Of a stretch of 64,000 nucleotides of DNA, positions 27,153 to 36,907 are shown piece after piece. How positions within the stretch are numbered: the stretch's first letter is position 1; every line of letters begins with the position of its first letter. The notes under the pieces are model-generated. The model saw nothing but the letters and a program-made list of their open reading frames with translations, was not told where the DNA came from and made no database searches. Origin of the DNA: Chitinophaga pinensis (GTDB lineage: Bacteria; Bacteroidota; Bacteroidia; Chitinophagales; CAMDFR01); contig CAMART010000001.1 in assembly GCA_945860705.1 (NCBI GenBank), positions 119,486-183,485 of the forward strand, written 5' to 3'. A program made the position numbers and the translations under genes.

Positions 27153-28016
27153 CTACTCTGCTGATGCGCTTATTGAATTTCCGTTTGTGTAAGTATTAGG
27201 TGTTACTAATTTTTGTATGTCTGTAGAATATTTTTTTACAACTGCATATTCTAAGTTTTCTCCTACGTTTATGTTTTTAGATCCTCCATCTACTATATAT
27301 ACATTTCTATCCCAGTTGAATTGAAAATAATATTTTACTACTGCATTATTTGTTTTTCTAAGATCTCTTTCCATTTGCATTTTGAGATCATCAAAATATT
27401 TGTATTGAGCTAAATCAAATTCTGTATTCTTTTTATTTAGCGGTACTTCTACATAGTCGTTTGCATTTCCATTGCTAACAAAAAGTGATACTGCAACATC
27501 ACTAAAAGTACCTACCACTTCCCATTTGTTACTGTTTTTAAATTTAGTTCTCATTAGTTTACAAGCTAATTTTACGTCTCCCACACTTATATGATTCTCG
27601 ATTGGCAAATTGATTTCATTGTCAATGATTATAGACTTTTGTGATGCGTAGTCTATTCTATCTAAAGTTACCGTTTCTCCTTTAATTTCTGCTGTAAATC
27701 TAAATGTAAGTTTTTCTCCCGATCCTAAATTTTTATCTTCTATTGTAAATACTTTTTTATTGTTTACTGTTCTTAGAACCGTTCCATCTTCTCCTATCAT
27801 TTCTATTTTATAGCTATCAGGATTGATATTGTTGTTTTTAGAAATAACGTTTTGAATATTAAAGGTAATATTAAATTCATCCCAGGTTTTTCTTCCTAAT
27901 GAAAAGTCTTTTACTTTATATTCTATTGATACAGAAGCAAAAAGCGTTGAAAACGATGTTGTTAGTGTTAGTAGTAATAAGGCAATTAGGAATTTTGGTA
28001 GAGAATTTGCCTTCAT
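27153..28016 (-). CDS. Hypothetical secreted protein
   Basis: 287-aa ORF with N-terminal signal peptide 'LLLLTLTTSFSTLFA'; no recognisable motif. Confidence 0.5.
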   Translation of the reverse strand: MKANSLPKFLIALLLLTLTTSFSTLFASVSIEYKVKDFSLGRKTWDEFNITFNIQNVISKNNNINPDSYKIEMIGEDGTVLRTVNNKKVFTIEDKNLGSGEKLTFRFTAEIKGETVTLDRIDYASQKSIIIDNEINLPIENHISVGDVKLACKLMRTKFKNSNKWEVVGTFSDVAVSLFVSNGNANDYVEVPLNKKNTEFDLAQYKYFDDLKMQMERDLRKTNNAVVKYYFQFNWDRNVYIVDGGSKNINVGENLEYAVVKKYSTDIQKLVTPNTYTNGNSISASAE

Positions 28017-28082
28017 TAATATTTGTTTTATAAGACTATTTACGCTTACAATTCAAAAAGGTTACAAGAAATATTAGATATT

Positions 28083-28406
28083 TTAATAATCTTTCATCTT
28101 TTTATCAATCTGACCTGTAAGTATATGATAAAACATTAAAAAATCTGAAGCCAGGCTCCACAATGGATATGTAAATGTGGCTGGTTTGTTTTTTTCAAAC
28201 TTAAAATGACCAAACCAAGCAAATCCATATCCTAATATAGGTATGAAAAAAAGTAAATTAAATTTTTTTAGAAACAAAGCAATTATAAGTGTAGCTATAA
28301 CCAGACCTGTTCCTATAAAATGTAGGGTTCTATTGGTTTTATCTGAATGTTCTTTGAGATAATATGGATAAAATTCTTTAAACGATTTATAAATTCTTTC
28401 AGCCAT
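28083..28406 (-). CDS. DUF962 (Mpo1-like) family membrane protein
   Basis: 107 aa; 'YYLKEHSDKTNRTLHFIGT' and a second His-containing segment 'WFGHFKFEKNKPATF' match my recollection of DUF962. Confidence 0.6.
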   Translation of the reverse strand: MAERIYKSFKEFYPYYLKEHSDKTNRTLHFIGTGLVIATLIIALFLKKFNLLFFIPILGYGFAWFGHFKFEKNKPATFTYPLWSLASDFLMFYHILTGQIDKKMKDY

Positions 28407-28456
28407 TGTATAATATTTTTGTGGCTAATATAAAGAAACTACTTGTAAAAAATTAT

Positions 28457-29038
28457 TTAATCTAAGATTCTTTTTACGAAGAGAAATTTTCTAGACCAGT
28501 AGCTATTCCAAGTATTGCTATCTGTTTTATCTATACGAACTCCGTTGCTTGATGAGGCGTGTATCATCTCTACTACACCATCTTTATTGTCATATACCAT
28601 ACCTACATGCGATACGGAGAATGAGCCGTCTTTATTTTTATATCCAAAAAACATTAAATCGCCTTTCAATGCATTGGTAAGTTCTACCAACTTGCCCATT
28701 TGTGCTTGAAGTCTAGAGCTATGAGGCAAAATAATATTGTAAAACTTGTATATATAACTGATAAAACCCGAACAATCAAATGTAGAAGGCCCAACAGAAG
28801 CATATTTATATGGAGTACCTAAAAATGCTAAGGATACATCTACTACTTTACTTCTTAGTGAAGAAATAGAATCTGCATATCCAATAATTTTATTAAAAAA
28901 TGACTGTTCTTCTTTTACTACCTCCTTTGCTTGCAATCTTTCTATTTGAGAATACTTAATAGTATCCATCCTTTGGGCTACCAAATGATAACTACTAAAT
29001 GATAACAAAGCGATAAGTATATATATATGTGACTTCAA
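28457..29038 (-). CDS. C40 (NlpC/P60) family peptidase
   Basis: 193 aa, signal peptide, catalytic 'FDCSGFISYIY' and downstream 'HVGMV' His. Confidence 0.8.
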   Translation of the reverse strand: MKSHIYILIALLSFSSYHLVAQRMDTIKYSQIERLQAKEVVKEEQSFFNKIIGYADSISSLRSKVVDVSLAFLGTPYKYASVGPSTFDCSGFISYIYKFYNIILPHSSRLQAQMGKLVELTNALKGDLMFFGYKNKDGSFSVSHVGMVYDNKDGVVEMIHASSSNGVRIDKTDSNTWNSYWSRKFLFVKRILD

Positions 29039-29168
29039 TTCCGATTCTTTAATTAACTACGCAAAAGTACTGATTAAATTGATAATGACCAAGTTATATA
29101 CCTGTTTTTTAAGAAATTTTAAATTTTGTCTTTTTTATAGTTTTTTTATAAAAACGCTAATTATCGCT

Positions 29169-30083
29169 TTAAATATTTGATTTATAATTGTTTATATATT
29201 TATAAATATTAAATTCGTTATTATAAATCGAACCAATATCTTTTTTGATATTTTCAAGTAAAATATGTTTCATTTTGTCTTTTTGAATCATTTTATAGAC
29301 TTTTAAAGCCAGCAACATTTGTTTTTTCTCTTTGTTTTTATGTTCGTTTTTTGATAAAGACGATTCGATTAGATTAAATAACTCATCAATGCCTATATTA
29401 TTAAGCGCTTCTGTTTTTACAATTGGTATTTCTATATCCGAATCTCTATAATGAAGCATGGTTTGCAATGCATTTATCATGGTGTCTGCACCCTCTCTAT
29501 CAGCTTTATTTACAATAAATATATCTGCTATCTCCATCAATCCAGACTTCATGCTTTGTATATGATCACCAGCCTCAGGTACAAGTACAACAGAGCATAC
29601 GTCAGATATACCCGCTATTTCTACTTCACTCTGCCCTACACCTACAGTCTCTATAATTATATAATCAAACGATGACGCTTTTAGTACTTCAATGATTTCA
29701 ATGATTTTGTCTGACAAGCCACCCAAAGAACCTCTTGTAGCCACTGAACGTATATATAGATGATCGTTTTTGTAATGTTCGAGCATACGAATTCTATCTC
29801 CCAATATAGCACCATAATTAAATGGTGAGGTTGGGTCTACTGCTACTACTGCTACTTTTTTGTTTTGAGAAAGGAGAAGTTTGATTAATTGGTTTACAAG
29901 GGTACTTTTCCCTGCGCCTGGAGGCCCAGTAAAACCCAAAACTGGAGTGTTTTTTATCTGTATTTTTTCTAAAAAAGATTCATAACCCACTAGTTCATTT
30001 TCAACAATAGTGATAGCTCTAGCTATATGTCTATGACTATTTTGTGGTAGTTTTTGTAAGATTTCGTCAATTTGCATTAGCAC
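29169..30083 (-). CDS. meaB: MeaB/ArgK-type G3E GTPase (methylmalonyl-CoA mutase-associated)
   Basis: 304 aa; 'GFTGPPGAGKSTL' P-loop, 'IIIETVGVGQSE', 'VNKADR'. Confidence 0.8.
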   Translation of the reverse strand: MLMQIDEILQKLPQNSHRHIARAITIVENELVGYESFLEKIQIKNTPVLGFTGPPGAGKSTLVNQLIKLLLSQNKKVAVVAVDPTSPFNYGAILGDRIRMLEHYKNDHLYIRSVATRGSLGGLSDKIIEIIEVLKASSFDYIIIETVGVGQSEVEIAGISDVCSVVLVPEAGDHIQSMKSGLMEIADIFIVNKADREGADTMINALQTMLHYRDSDIEIPIVKTEALNNIGIDELFNLIESSLSKNEHKNKEKKQMLLALKVYKMIQKDKMKHILLENIKKDIGSIYNNEFNIYKYINNYKSNI

Positions 30084-30102
30084 AAAGCTAAATATAAATT
30101 TA

Positions 30103-30357
30103 CTAAGTAAGGTGTTGTTTGATTTTTTGTTTTATACTGATAGCTAATGTATCAAAACAACAAGATTTGCTTACTTTTTGAGATAAAAATTCCTTAAAAC
30201 TTTTTTCTATCTCATACTTTCCGAGACAGCAACTACATTGATTGAGTTCTTCTAAAAACTTTTTTTCTTCTTCTCTACTCAACTCGCCATCTAAAGACAA
30301 AAATACTTTAGACATCATGTCTTCACATTGGTGTGGTGCTTGTGGATTTTTTTCCAT
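30103..30357 (-). CDS. Soluble Cys-rich anti-sigma factor (ZAS / RsrA-like)
   Basis: 84 aa, no TM segment. 'C11 ... QCSCCLGKYEIEKSFKEFL...KSCC' parallels the RsrA pattern 'ECSPCLEKYGLE...RCC'. It lies immediately downstream of an ECF sigma gene. Confidence 0.6.
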   Translation of the reverse strand: MEKNPQAPHQCEDMMSKVFLSLDGELSREEEKKFLEELNQCSCCLGKYEIEKSFKEFLSQKVSKSCCFDTLAISIKQKIKQHLT

Positions 30358-30363
30358 TTTGTC

Positions 30364-30942
30364 TTATCTTTTTTCTTTATAACCTAAATTTAATGCATAG
30401 CTTCTAAGTAATTCTTTGAGCATATTCCTGGCTCTAAATAGCCTAGAGCGCACAGTACCAATGGGAATATCCAAAATTTTTGACAACTCTTCATAGGTAA
30501 AACCTTCTACGTCACATAATATAATGATCGTTTTAAACTCATCTGGCAATCGATTCATAGCTGTCGTTATCTCATCGCCCATCATATTTTGAAATATTTC
30601 GTGCCTTAAGTCCAAACTTCCTACATATTGAGGATCATCAGATTCATGGTAACTAAGCAAACTATCAAAATCTAGCGAATGTGGTTGTTTTGCCTTTTTT
30701 CTATAACCATTAATAAATTCATTTTTTAATATTTTAAACAACCAAGCTTTTGAGTTGGTACCTTTTTGGTATGAATCTATGAATCTATAGGCTTTTAGGT
30801 AGGTTTCTTGCACCAAATCATTGGCATTTTCTTCATCAAATGTGAGATGAAAAGCAAAATTATATAGCGCTTTCATATGAGGAAGGAATTCTTCTTCAAA
30901 CAAGTTATCTTTTCTTTCTTTAATTTCGTCCGTCACAATCAT
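30364..30942 (-). CDS. RNA polymerase ECF-type sigma-70 factor
   Basis: 192 aa; region 2 'DLVQETYLKAYR', region 4 'YEELSKILDIPIGTVRSRLFRAR'. Confidence 0.85.
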   Translation of the reverse strand: MIVTDEIKERKDNLFEEEFLPHMKALYNFAFHLTFDEENANDLVQETYLKAYRFIDSYQKGTNSKAWLFKILKNEFINGYRKKAKQPHSLDFDSLLSYHESDDPQYVGSLDLRHEIFQNMMGDEITTAMNRLPDEFKTIIILCDVEGFTYEELSKILDIPIGTVRSRLFRARNMLKELLRSYALNLGYKEKR

Positions 30943-30983
30943 GTATAAAAATAAAGTGTTTTATTTTACGTTACTAATGTTTT

Positions 30984-32282
30984 ATGAGAGAAATTAGTTC
31001 AAAATTCACAAGATTTAATATCGCTATATTTTTTATAAGCGTATCTATAATAGGTTTGTTTAGTAGTAGAATACTGATGAGCAATGGAATGATATGGTTT
31101 TTTGGGCTCTTATTCGTACCTGGTTTTTTACTAAAAGGTAGCTCAGATACTGAACTTAAAAACGATTCTTTTCTAAAAAGAATTGAAGGCTTTATAAAAT
31201 ATAAACCATTTTTGGCTCAACTTAGCCTAGTTTTTATTGCCTCAATCGGACTTTTTTATACACAGGATTTTAATTATGCACTAAAAATACTCTTCACCTA
31301 TTCTCCTTTTCTTTTTATGCCTATAGCTTTTGGAGCGATTAATGCATTTGACAAAAAACAATTTATACTGATATTATATATTTATTGTGGTGTAGTATTT
31401 ATTTCTGCTATTATTATTTTGATAAATTATTTTATTCATTTTGATGCTATGAATGAAGGGCTTCTGAGAGGACATGCTATTCAAACTCCATACAAAGAAC
31501 ATATAAGGTATAGTCTTATGCTTTGTTTTGCTACCTGTGCTCTTATATATATGCGTATACACAATTATTTTATATGGTCTCAAAAAGTAGAAAAACAATT
31601 ACAACTACTTCTTAGCTTTTTATTGATAGTATTCATACATGTGTTGTCTGTGCGTAGCGGTATTTTGTCTTTATATATGTGTTTATTTGTTATTGGCTTG
31701 TATTTATTGTTTTACTTCAAAAAATATTTTGTAGGATTATCTGTTTTCCTAGCATTAATAATATTGCCTATTCTTTCATATTATACTATTCCGTCTATAC
31801 ACAACAAAATAAGTTATATGATTTGGGACTTGAATCAACTCCGCAGTAACAATTCTAAAAACTATTCTGACTCAGAAAGAATAGTTTCTATTTTGGCAGG
31901 AGTTAAAATAGCAAAAGAAAATATATTATTTGGGGTAGGAACAGGTGACATAAAAAATGCTATGAACAAAATATATGATAAAGATTATGCTTGGATAGAC
32001 CCCAATAACCGAAAAATGCCACATAATCAATGGGTCTGGCTTTGGGCTAGCAACGGAGTATTGGGTGTAGTAGCATTCGCTTTCAGTATTATCGTATCTT
32101 TGGTCTACAAAAAGAATTATAAAAATTTATTACTCATTTGTTTTTTTATCATCAGTATTTCATCATTTTTGTATGAGCATACACTACAGGTTCAAGTAGG
32201 TGTAGGTTTTTATATATTGTGTTTATTGATTATTCTCAATTATTTGAGAGGTAAAGAAATTTATGATGAAAATAGGATTTGA
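30984..32282 (+). CDS. O-antigen ligase/polymerase (Wzy_C-like) family membrane protein
   Basis: 432 aa, about 10-12 TM helices, with a periplasmic loop 'GVGTGD...PHNQWVW' typical of the family. Confidence 0.6.
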   Translation: MREISSKFTRFNIAIFFISVSIIGLFSSRILMSNGMIWFFGLLFVPGFLLKGSSDTELKNDSFLKRIEGFIKYKPFLAQLSLVFIASIGLFYTQDFNYALKILFTYSPFLFMPIAFGAINAFDKKQFILILYIYCGVVFISAIIILINYFIHFDAMNEGLLRGHAIQTPYKEHIRYSLMLCFATCALIYMRIHNYFIWSQKVEKQLQLLLSFLLIVFIHVLSVRSGILSLYMCLFVIGLYLLFYFKKYFVGLSVFLALIILPILSYYTIPSIHNKISYMIWDLNQLRSNNSKNYSDSERIVSILAGVKIAKENILFGVGTGDIKNAMNKIYDKDYAWIDPNNRKMPHNQWVWLWASNGVLGVVAFAFSIIVSLVYKKNYKNLLLICFFIISISSFLYEHTLQVQVGVGFYILCLLIILNYLRGKEIYDENRI

Positions 32283-33429
32283 CGCTAAGCGTGCATTACT
32301 CAATCACTCAGGACTTGGAAATTATAGTCGTACTTTAATAAAAGCATTTTATACTTGCTATCCAGAAAACCAATATTATCTCTTCACACCAAAGACAGGA
32401 GAAAATTATCTAGAAGAATTGAGTGTATCGCAAAGTGAGATTATCTCTCCTTCTAGTTTTTTAGATAAAAATTTTCATTCATACTGGAGGAGCTATAAGC
32501 TAGCATCAACAAGTAAAAACTTAGAACTAGACATCTACCATGGACTCAGTCATGAACTACCTATAGGAATAGAAAGAACAGGTATCAAAACTGTAGTAAC
32601 TATTCATGATTTGATATTTGAAAGATTTCCAGATCACTATCCTTATATAGACAGAATTACGTATAAAAAGAAAATACAGTATGCCTGTAATATTGCAGAT
32701 AGCATAGTAGCTATAAGTGAGCAAACCAAACAAGATTTAGTAGATTTTTACAAAATAGACGAGGCAAAAATTAAAGTAATATATCAAGGTTGTGAAAATA
32801 TTTTTAAAGAGGCTATCGATGAAAAACATGATTACTATGTAAAAAATAGATATAATTTACCAGAAAAATATTTACTACACGTAGGTTCTTATAACAAAAG
32901 AAAAAACCATATTAATCTACTAGAAGCATATAAATTAATTAAAGATCAATCAGATATAAAGTTAGTTTTAGTAGGCAGTGGAGGCTCACAAGAGCAAGCT
33001 ATAAGACAGTATATTCATAAAAATAATTTAATCAATAATGTTGTCTTGATTCAAAAAGTGAATAATAAAGATTTGAGTTATATCTATAAAAATGCTGAAG
33101 CTTTAGTATATAATTCTTTGTTTGAAGGATTTGGAATACCAATATTAGAAGCTTTTTCTAGTGGTATCCCCGTGATAACTTCTACTGGTTCTTGTTTTGA
33201 AGAAGTAGGTGGTGATGCCTGTATCTATGTAGATGCGCTAGACTATAAAGCTCTTGCACAAAACATTCTTGAATTAATGCAAGACGATACAAAGAAACAA
33301 GAATTAATAAATAAAGGATTTTCTAGAAGCAAAATATATAGTAATGAGCATATTGCTAATGAGTATATGAGTATATTTTTATCTTTATTAAACACACATA
33401 ATGAGAGTGATAATACAAAGAGTGTCTAA
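32263..33429 (+). CDS. Glycosyltransferase family 1/4
   Basis: 388 aa; 'YNSLFEGFGIPILEAFSSGIPVITS' GT-B signature; overlaps the upstream gene by 20 nt. Confidence 0.8.
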   Translation: MMKIGFDAKRALLNHSGLGNYSRTLIKAFYTCYPENQYYLFTPKTGENYLEELSVSQSEIISPSSFLDKNFHSYWRSYKLASTSKNLELDIYHGLSHELPIGIERTGIKTVVTIHDLIFERFPDHYPYIDRITYKKKIQYACNIADSIVAISEQTKQDLVDFYKIDEAKIKVIYQGCENIFKEAIDEKHDYYVKNRYNLPEKYLLHVGSYNKRKNHINLLEAYKLIKDQSDIKLVLVGSGGSQEQAIRQYIHKNNLINNVVLIQKVNNKDLSYIYKNAEALVYNSLFEGFGIPILEAFSSGIPVITSTGSCFEEVGGDACIYVDALDYKALAQNILELMQDDTKKQELINKGFSRSKIYSNEHIANEYMSIFLSLLNTHNESDNTKSV

Positions 33430-33853
33430 TGCTCAGGTAAGTATAAAAAACACTGTAAAATCTAGGATTGACAAAGGATATCTTATATTGCTAGGGATAG
33501 AAGATGATGATACTGACGAGGATATTCTATGGCTGTGCAATAAAATAGTATCACTTAGAATATTCAACGACGATGCTGGATTGATGAATCTTAACATCAA
33601 AGATATTGATGGAGAAATATTACTCGTAAGTCAGTTTACACTTCATGCTCAAGTAAAAAAAGGAAATAGACCTTCATTTATCAAAGCATCCAAACCCGTT
33701 TTTGCAATTCCTATTTATGAAAAATTTATTCATCATTTAGAAATCTTATTTGGCAAAGCAATAAAGACCGGAGAGTTTGGTGCAGATATGCAAGTAAGTT
33801 TGACTAATGATGGACCAGTAAGCATTTTTATTGACTCTAAAAACAAAGAATAA
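33401..33853 (+). CDS. dtd: D-aminoacyl-tRNA deacylase
   Basis: 150 aa; 'MRVIIQRV', 'SQFTL', 'GNRPSF', 'NDGPV' conserved Dtd motifs. Confidence 0.9.
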   Translation: MRVIIQRVSNAQVSIKNTVKSRIDKGYLILLGIEDDDTDEDILWLCNKIVSLRIFNDDAGLMNLNIKDIDGEILLVSQFTLHAQVKKGNRPSFIKASKPVFAIPIYEKFIHHLEILFGKAIKTGEFGADMQVSLTNDGPVSIFIDSKNKE

Positions 33854-33854
33854 A

Positions 33855-34184
33855 ATGACTATAGAACAAGCACAAAAAACCATTGATACTTGGATAAAAA
33901 CCAATGGTGTAAGGTATTTTAATGAACTTACGAATATGGCTATACTCACAGAAGAAGTAGGTGAAGTAGCCAGAATCATCTCAAGAAAATATGGCGAACA
34001 ATCTTTTAAAGAATCAGATAAAGATAAGAGTTTGGATGATGAATTGGCAGATGTTTTATTTGTTTTGATGTGCATCGCCAACCAAACAGGTGTAAACTTA
34101 ACTACTGCTCTAGAAAAAAACTTAGAGAAAAAAACAAATAGAGATAAAGATAGACATCATCAAAATGACAAATTGAAAGGTTGA
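33855..34184 (+). CDS. MazG-like nucleotide pyrophosphohydrolase
   Basis: 'LTEEVGEVAR' and 'ELADVLFVLMCIAN' EExxE/D motifs. I prefer the ATG at 33855, just after the dtd stop, over the track start at 33831. Confidence 0.75.
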   Translation: MTIEQAQKTIDTWIKTNGVRYFNELTNMAILTEEVGEVARIISRKYGEQSFKESDKDKSLDDELADVLFVLMCIANQTGVNLTTALEKNLEKKTNRDKDRHHQNDKLKG

Positions 34185-34242
34185 TATTCAATTAGTTTTT
34201 TTACTTTTACAATTATAAATAATTTTTATACACAGCATATAT

Positions 34243-35547
34243 ATGAAAAAGAAAATACTTTTTATTGCTTTAGTTTTTTGTTTTACTGTTCAGACTTTAG
34301 TGGCACAAAATAGATTTCATCCTTGGGGAATTGGGGTTAGTTATAATGCTACAACGATGGAAGGATTGCTTCAAAGAAATAAATTTCAATTTCGAAACTA
34401 CACTGGAGGAATAAAACTACATGTAGCCAGATATATATCTCCTTCTTTCAATGCTAGACTAGAAGGCGCTTATAGCAATTTATTTTATCCATCTGTTACC
34501 AATTATCCTCAATACGAAAAAGGTATTTTTAAGCAACAAAACTTTTTTGAATCTTCATTTTTATTTGAATACAAATTAAACAACAATTATGTACTTAAAG
34601 AAGATAGCTATATACAACCTTATTTGTTTTTAGGATTTGGAACGAACAATATGAACAAAGATTGGAATACTTTTTTTCCATTTGGTGTAGGGCTCAAACT
34701 AAAATGTACAAAATGGCTAGCTATCAATTTAGAAACTTCTATGAAAGTAAATATAGATAACTCATTTACTTACTTACAACACAATGCAGGATTTGTATTC
34801 AATCTAGGTAAACAAGTTTATAAGAAAAATGGAGCTCAATCTAAAGTGAAAAACGACTTGAAAGATTTGAATACTTCTTCTATCATAGATACTGATAAAG
34901 ACGGCATTGCTGATGCTCAGGATGAATGTCCATTTGTAGCTGGGATTAGCTCATTGGCTGGTTGTCCAGATACTGACGGAGATGGTGTGGCTGATAGCAA
35001 AGATTTATGTCCTAATGAAAAAGGCACAATAGAAAATAATGGATGTTTGCCTAAATCACTAGACTCTGATAAAGATGGTATAGCAGACAATGATGATAAG
35101 TGTCCTTATGAAGCAGGTGTAGCTCAAAATAATGGTTGTCCAATACCGGTTATAGACCAAATAGCAACTGAAATAGTAACAACAACAAAGGAAACAACTA
35201 CTTTTATAAATAATACTACTAATGGTTTAGAATTGTTTTATATAGTAGCTGACGCAAAACTAACTGATGAACATAAAAAACAATTAGATGCATTTGCGTT
35301 ATCTATTTTGAATACAAACTATAAAAAAATAAAAATAAATGGCTATACAAGTAATACAGGTACTGATGCTATAAATATAAAATTATCAATGGATAGAGCT
35401 ATCAATGTTATGAATTTTCTTACATCTAAAGGAATAAATATTGGTAAAATAGGCACGTATGGCTATGGTCCTTATAGTGCTAAATATAACAATAGCGTTC
35501 CAAGCGAATCTATAAAAAATCAACGAGTAGAATTAATAGTGGAATAA
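34243..35547 (+). CDS. OmpA-family outer membrane protein with thrombospondin type-3 (calcium-binding) repeats
   Basis: 434 aa with signal peptide. Repeated 'DTDKDGIADAQDECP', 'DTDGDGVADSKDLCP', 'DSDKDGIADNDDKCP'. C-terminal OmpA-like domain ('NQRVELIV'). Confidence 0.8.
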   Translation: MKKKILFIALVFCFTVQTLVAQNRFHPWGIGVSYNATTMEGLLQRNKFQFRNYTGGIKLHVARYISPSFNARLEGAYSNLFYPSVTNYPQYEKGIFKQQNFFESSFLFEYKLNNNYVLKEDSYIQPYLFLGFGTNNMNKDWNTFFPFGVGLKLKCTKWLAINLETSMKVNIDNSFTYLQHNAGFVFNLGKQVYKKNGAQSKVKNDLKDLNTSSIIDTDKDGIADAQDECPFVAGISSLAGCPDTDGDGVADSKDLCPNEKGTIENNGCLPKSLDSDKDGIADNDDKCPYEAGVAQNNGCPIPVIDQIATEIVTTTKETTTFINNTTNGLELFYIVADAKLTDEHKKQLDAFALSILNTNYKKIKINGYTSNTGTDAINIKLSMDRAINVMNFLTSKGINIGKIGTYGYGPYSAKYNNSVPSESIKNQRVELIVE

Positions 35548-35743
35548 AAAAAATTCGTACTATTATATATGCTTTTAGAAAAACGCTACAATACTTCAGT
35601 TAAAAGACATAATGCATAAACTATTGCATGGAGAATTATAGGCTATATATAAAATCCATAACATGGATTATTTATTAAAAGTGAGCTTATAAAAGGATTT
35701 AAAATTTGAGAATTTATAAAAATAGTATATAGCGAAAAGTATC

Positions 35744-36037
35744 TTGAAAAAAGGTGGACAAATATATATAATAACTAATAGCACTAATACTGTTCTATAT
35801 GTAGGAGTTACATCAGATCTTAAAAATAGAATATATCAGCATAAAACTAAACATTATCCAAATTCTTTTTCAGCTAAGTACAATTGTACTAAACTTGTAT
35901 ATTATCAAAATTTTTCTTCTATAGTAGAAGCAATCGCATTCGAAAAAAAAATCAAAGCTGGTAGTAGAGCAAAAAAGATAGAACTTATTAATAGCATGAA
36001 TACTGCGTGGAATGATTTGTACGAGGAGATATTATAA
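35744..36037 (+). CDS. GIY-YIG nuclease family protein (small, stand-alone)
   Basis: 97 aa; 'IYIITNSTNTVLYVGVTSDLKNRIYQHK' (GIY...YVG) and 'AIAFEKKIK' Glu motif; TTG start per track. Confidence 0.8.
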   Translation: MKKGGQIYIITNSTNTVLYVGVTSDLKNRIYQHKTKHYPNSFSAKYNCTKLVYYQNFSSIVEAIAFEKKIKAGSRAKKIELINSMNTAWNDLYEEIL

Positions 36038-36126
36038 GCGTCATATGAATGCTTCTTTATAAAGCATCACTAAAAAGAATTCATCACAACCAGCTCATCA
36101 CATCACACACATCACAATCGGCTCGT

Positions 36127-36180
36127 CATTGCGAGATTTGTTGCTGGCTTGGGGCAACAAAACGAAGCAATCTCACAATG
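36127..36180. repeat. Long nested palindrome CATTGCGAGATT-[TTGTTGC..GCAACAA]-AATCTCACAATG
   Basis: Read directly; G/C-rich island about 90 bp downstream of the GIY-YIG gene. Confidence 0.8.
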
Positions 36181-36204
36181 CATTCGTCTTATCTAGTTGT
36201 GCTT

Positions 36205-36545
36205 AGGCTTTGTGAGATTGCCACGTGAGCCGAAAGCAAAGGCTCACTCACAATGACAAGCCGGTGGGAATGACGAGTTCGGCGATGAGGCTTCGTGGGA
36301 TTGCTTCGTGCCTCGCAATGACGAGCTGTGATGAGGCTTTGTGGGATTACCACGTGAGCCGAAAGCCAAGGCTCACTCACAATGACAAGCCGGTGGGAAT
36401 TACGAGTTCGGCGATGAGGCTTCGTGGGATTGCTTCGTGCCTCGCAATGACGAGCTGTGATGAGGCTTTGTGGGATTACCACGTGAGCCGAAAGCCAAGG
36501 CTCACTCACAATGACGAGGCGGTGAGGAATGACGAGTCAAGATAG
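36205..36545. repeat. 129-bp tandem repeat, about 2.6 copies, each unit containing internal hairpins
   Basis: Unit starts at 36205, 36334 and 36463 (anchor AGGCTTTGTG). Copies 2 and 3 are near-identical. Each unit has an internal stem GTGAGCC-N9-GGCTCAC and an ATTGC..GCAAT segment. Confidence 0.9.
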
Positions 36546-36907
36546 GCTTCGTGGGATTTATGCCTTTGGCAGACAGGTGCCAAGTGAAGCAAAAAGTAAA
36601 GCTCTCTAGTGTTAATGAGATGAAAGGAATAATGAACTGTTGATTAAGTTAGACAATTCTTTTTTTTATATTATTTTATTATTTATTAATAATCAATTAT
36701 ATATGTAATTAACTGAAAATAAATGAAATTTGTGTATACTAAACACATCATGTTGTATAAAATTTGTTTTAAAAAATCTATATGTTGTAACATTATTACG
36801 TGTACTTTCGTATCAGATTTACAACTTAACCTATAATGCTAGAAGATATAGAAAAACTACCGTTTCATACTAATTAAACTCTCGATCAAATTCAGGAGCT
36901 GGAAGCT

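Noticed and set aside
36189-36545. Two 106-aa ORFs on opposite strands (36189-36509 minus, 36225-36545 plus) with internally repeated peptide sequence
   Set aside because: Both lie entirely within the 129-bp tandem repeat. Because 129 equals 43 codons, any frame free of stops in one unit stays open across the array. They mirror each other and have no credible start context. I treat them as repeat artefacts, not genes.
36205-36545. CRISPR array
   Set aside because: The repeats are 129 bp long and directly abutting, with no unique spacers, and no cas genes are present in the window.
36836-36877. Short ORF MLEDIEKLPFHTN* just upstream of the histidine kinase, as a possible leader peptide or alternative kinase start
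   Set aside because: It ends in an in-frame TAA 30 nt before the kinase ATG, so it cannot extend the kinase. At 13 codons in AT-rich DNA it is not distinguishable from chance.
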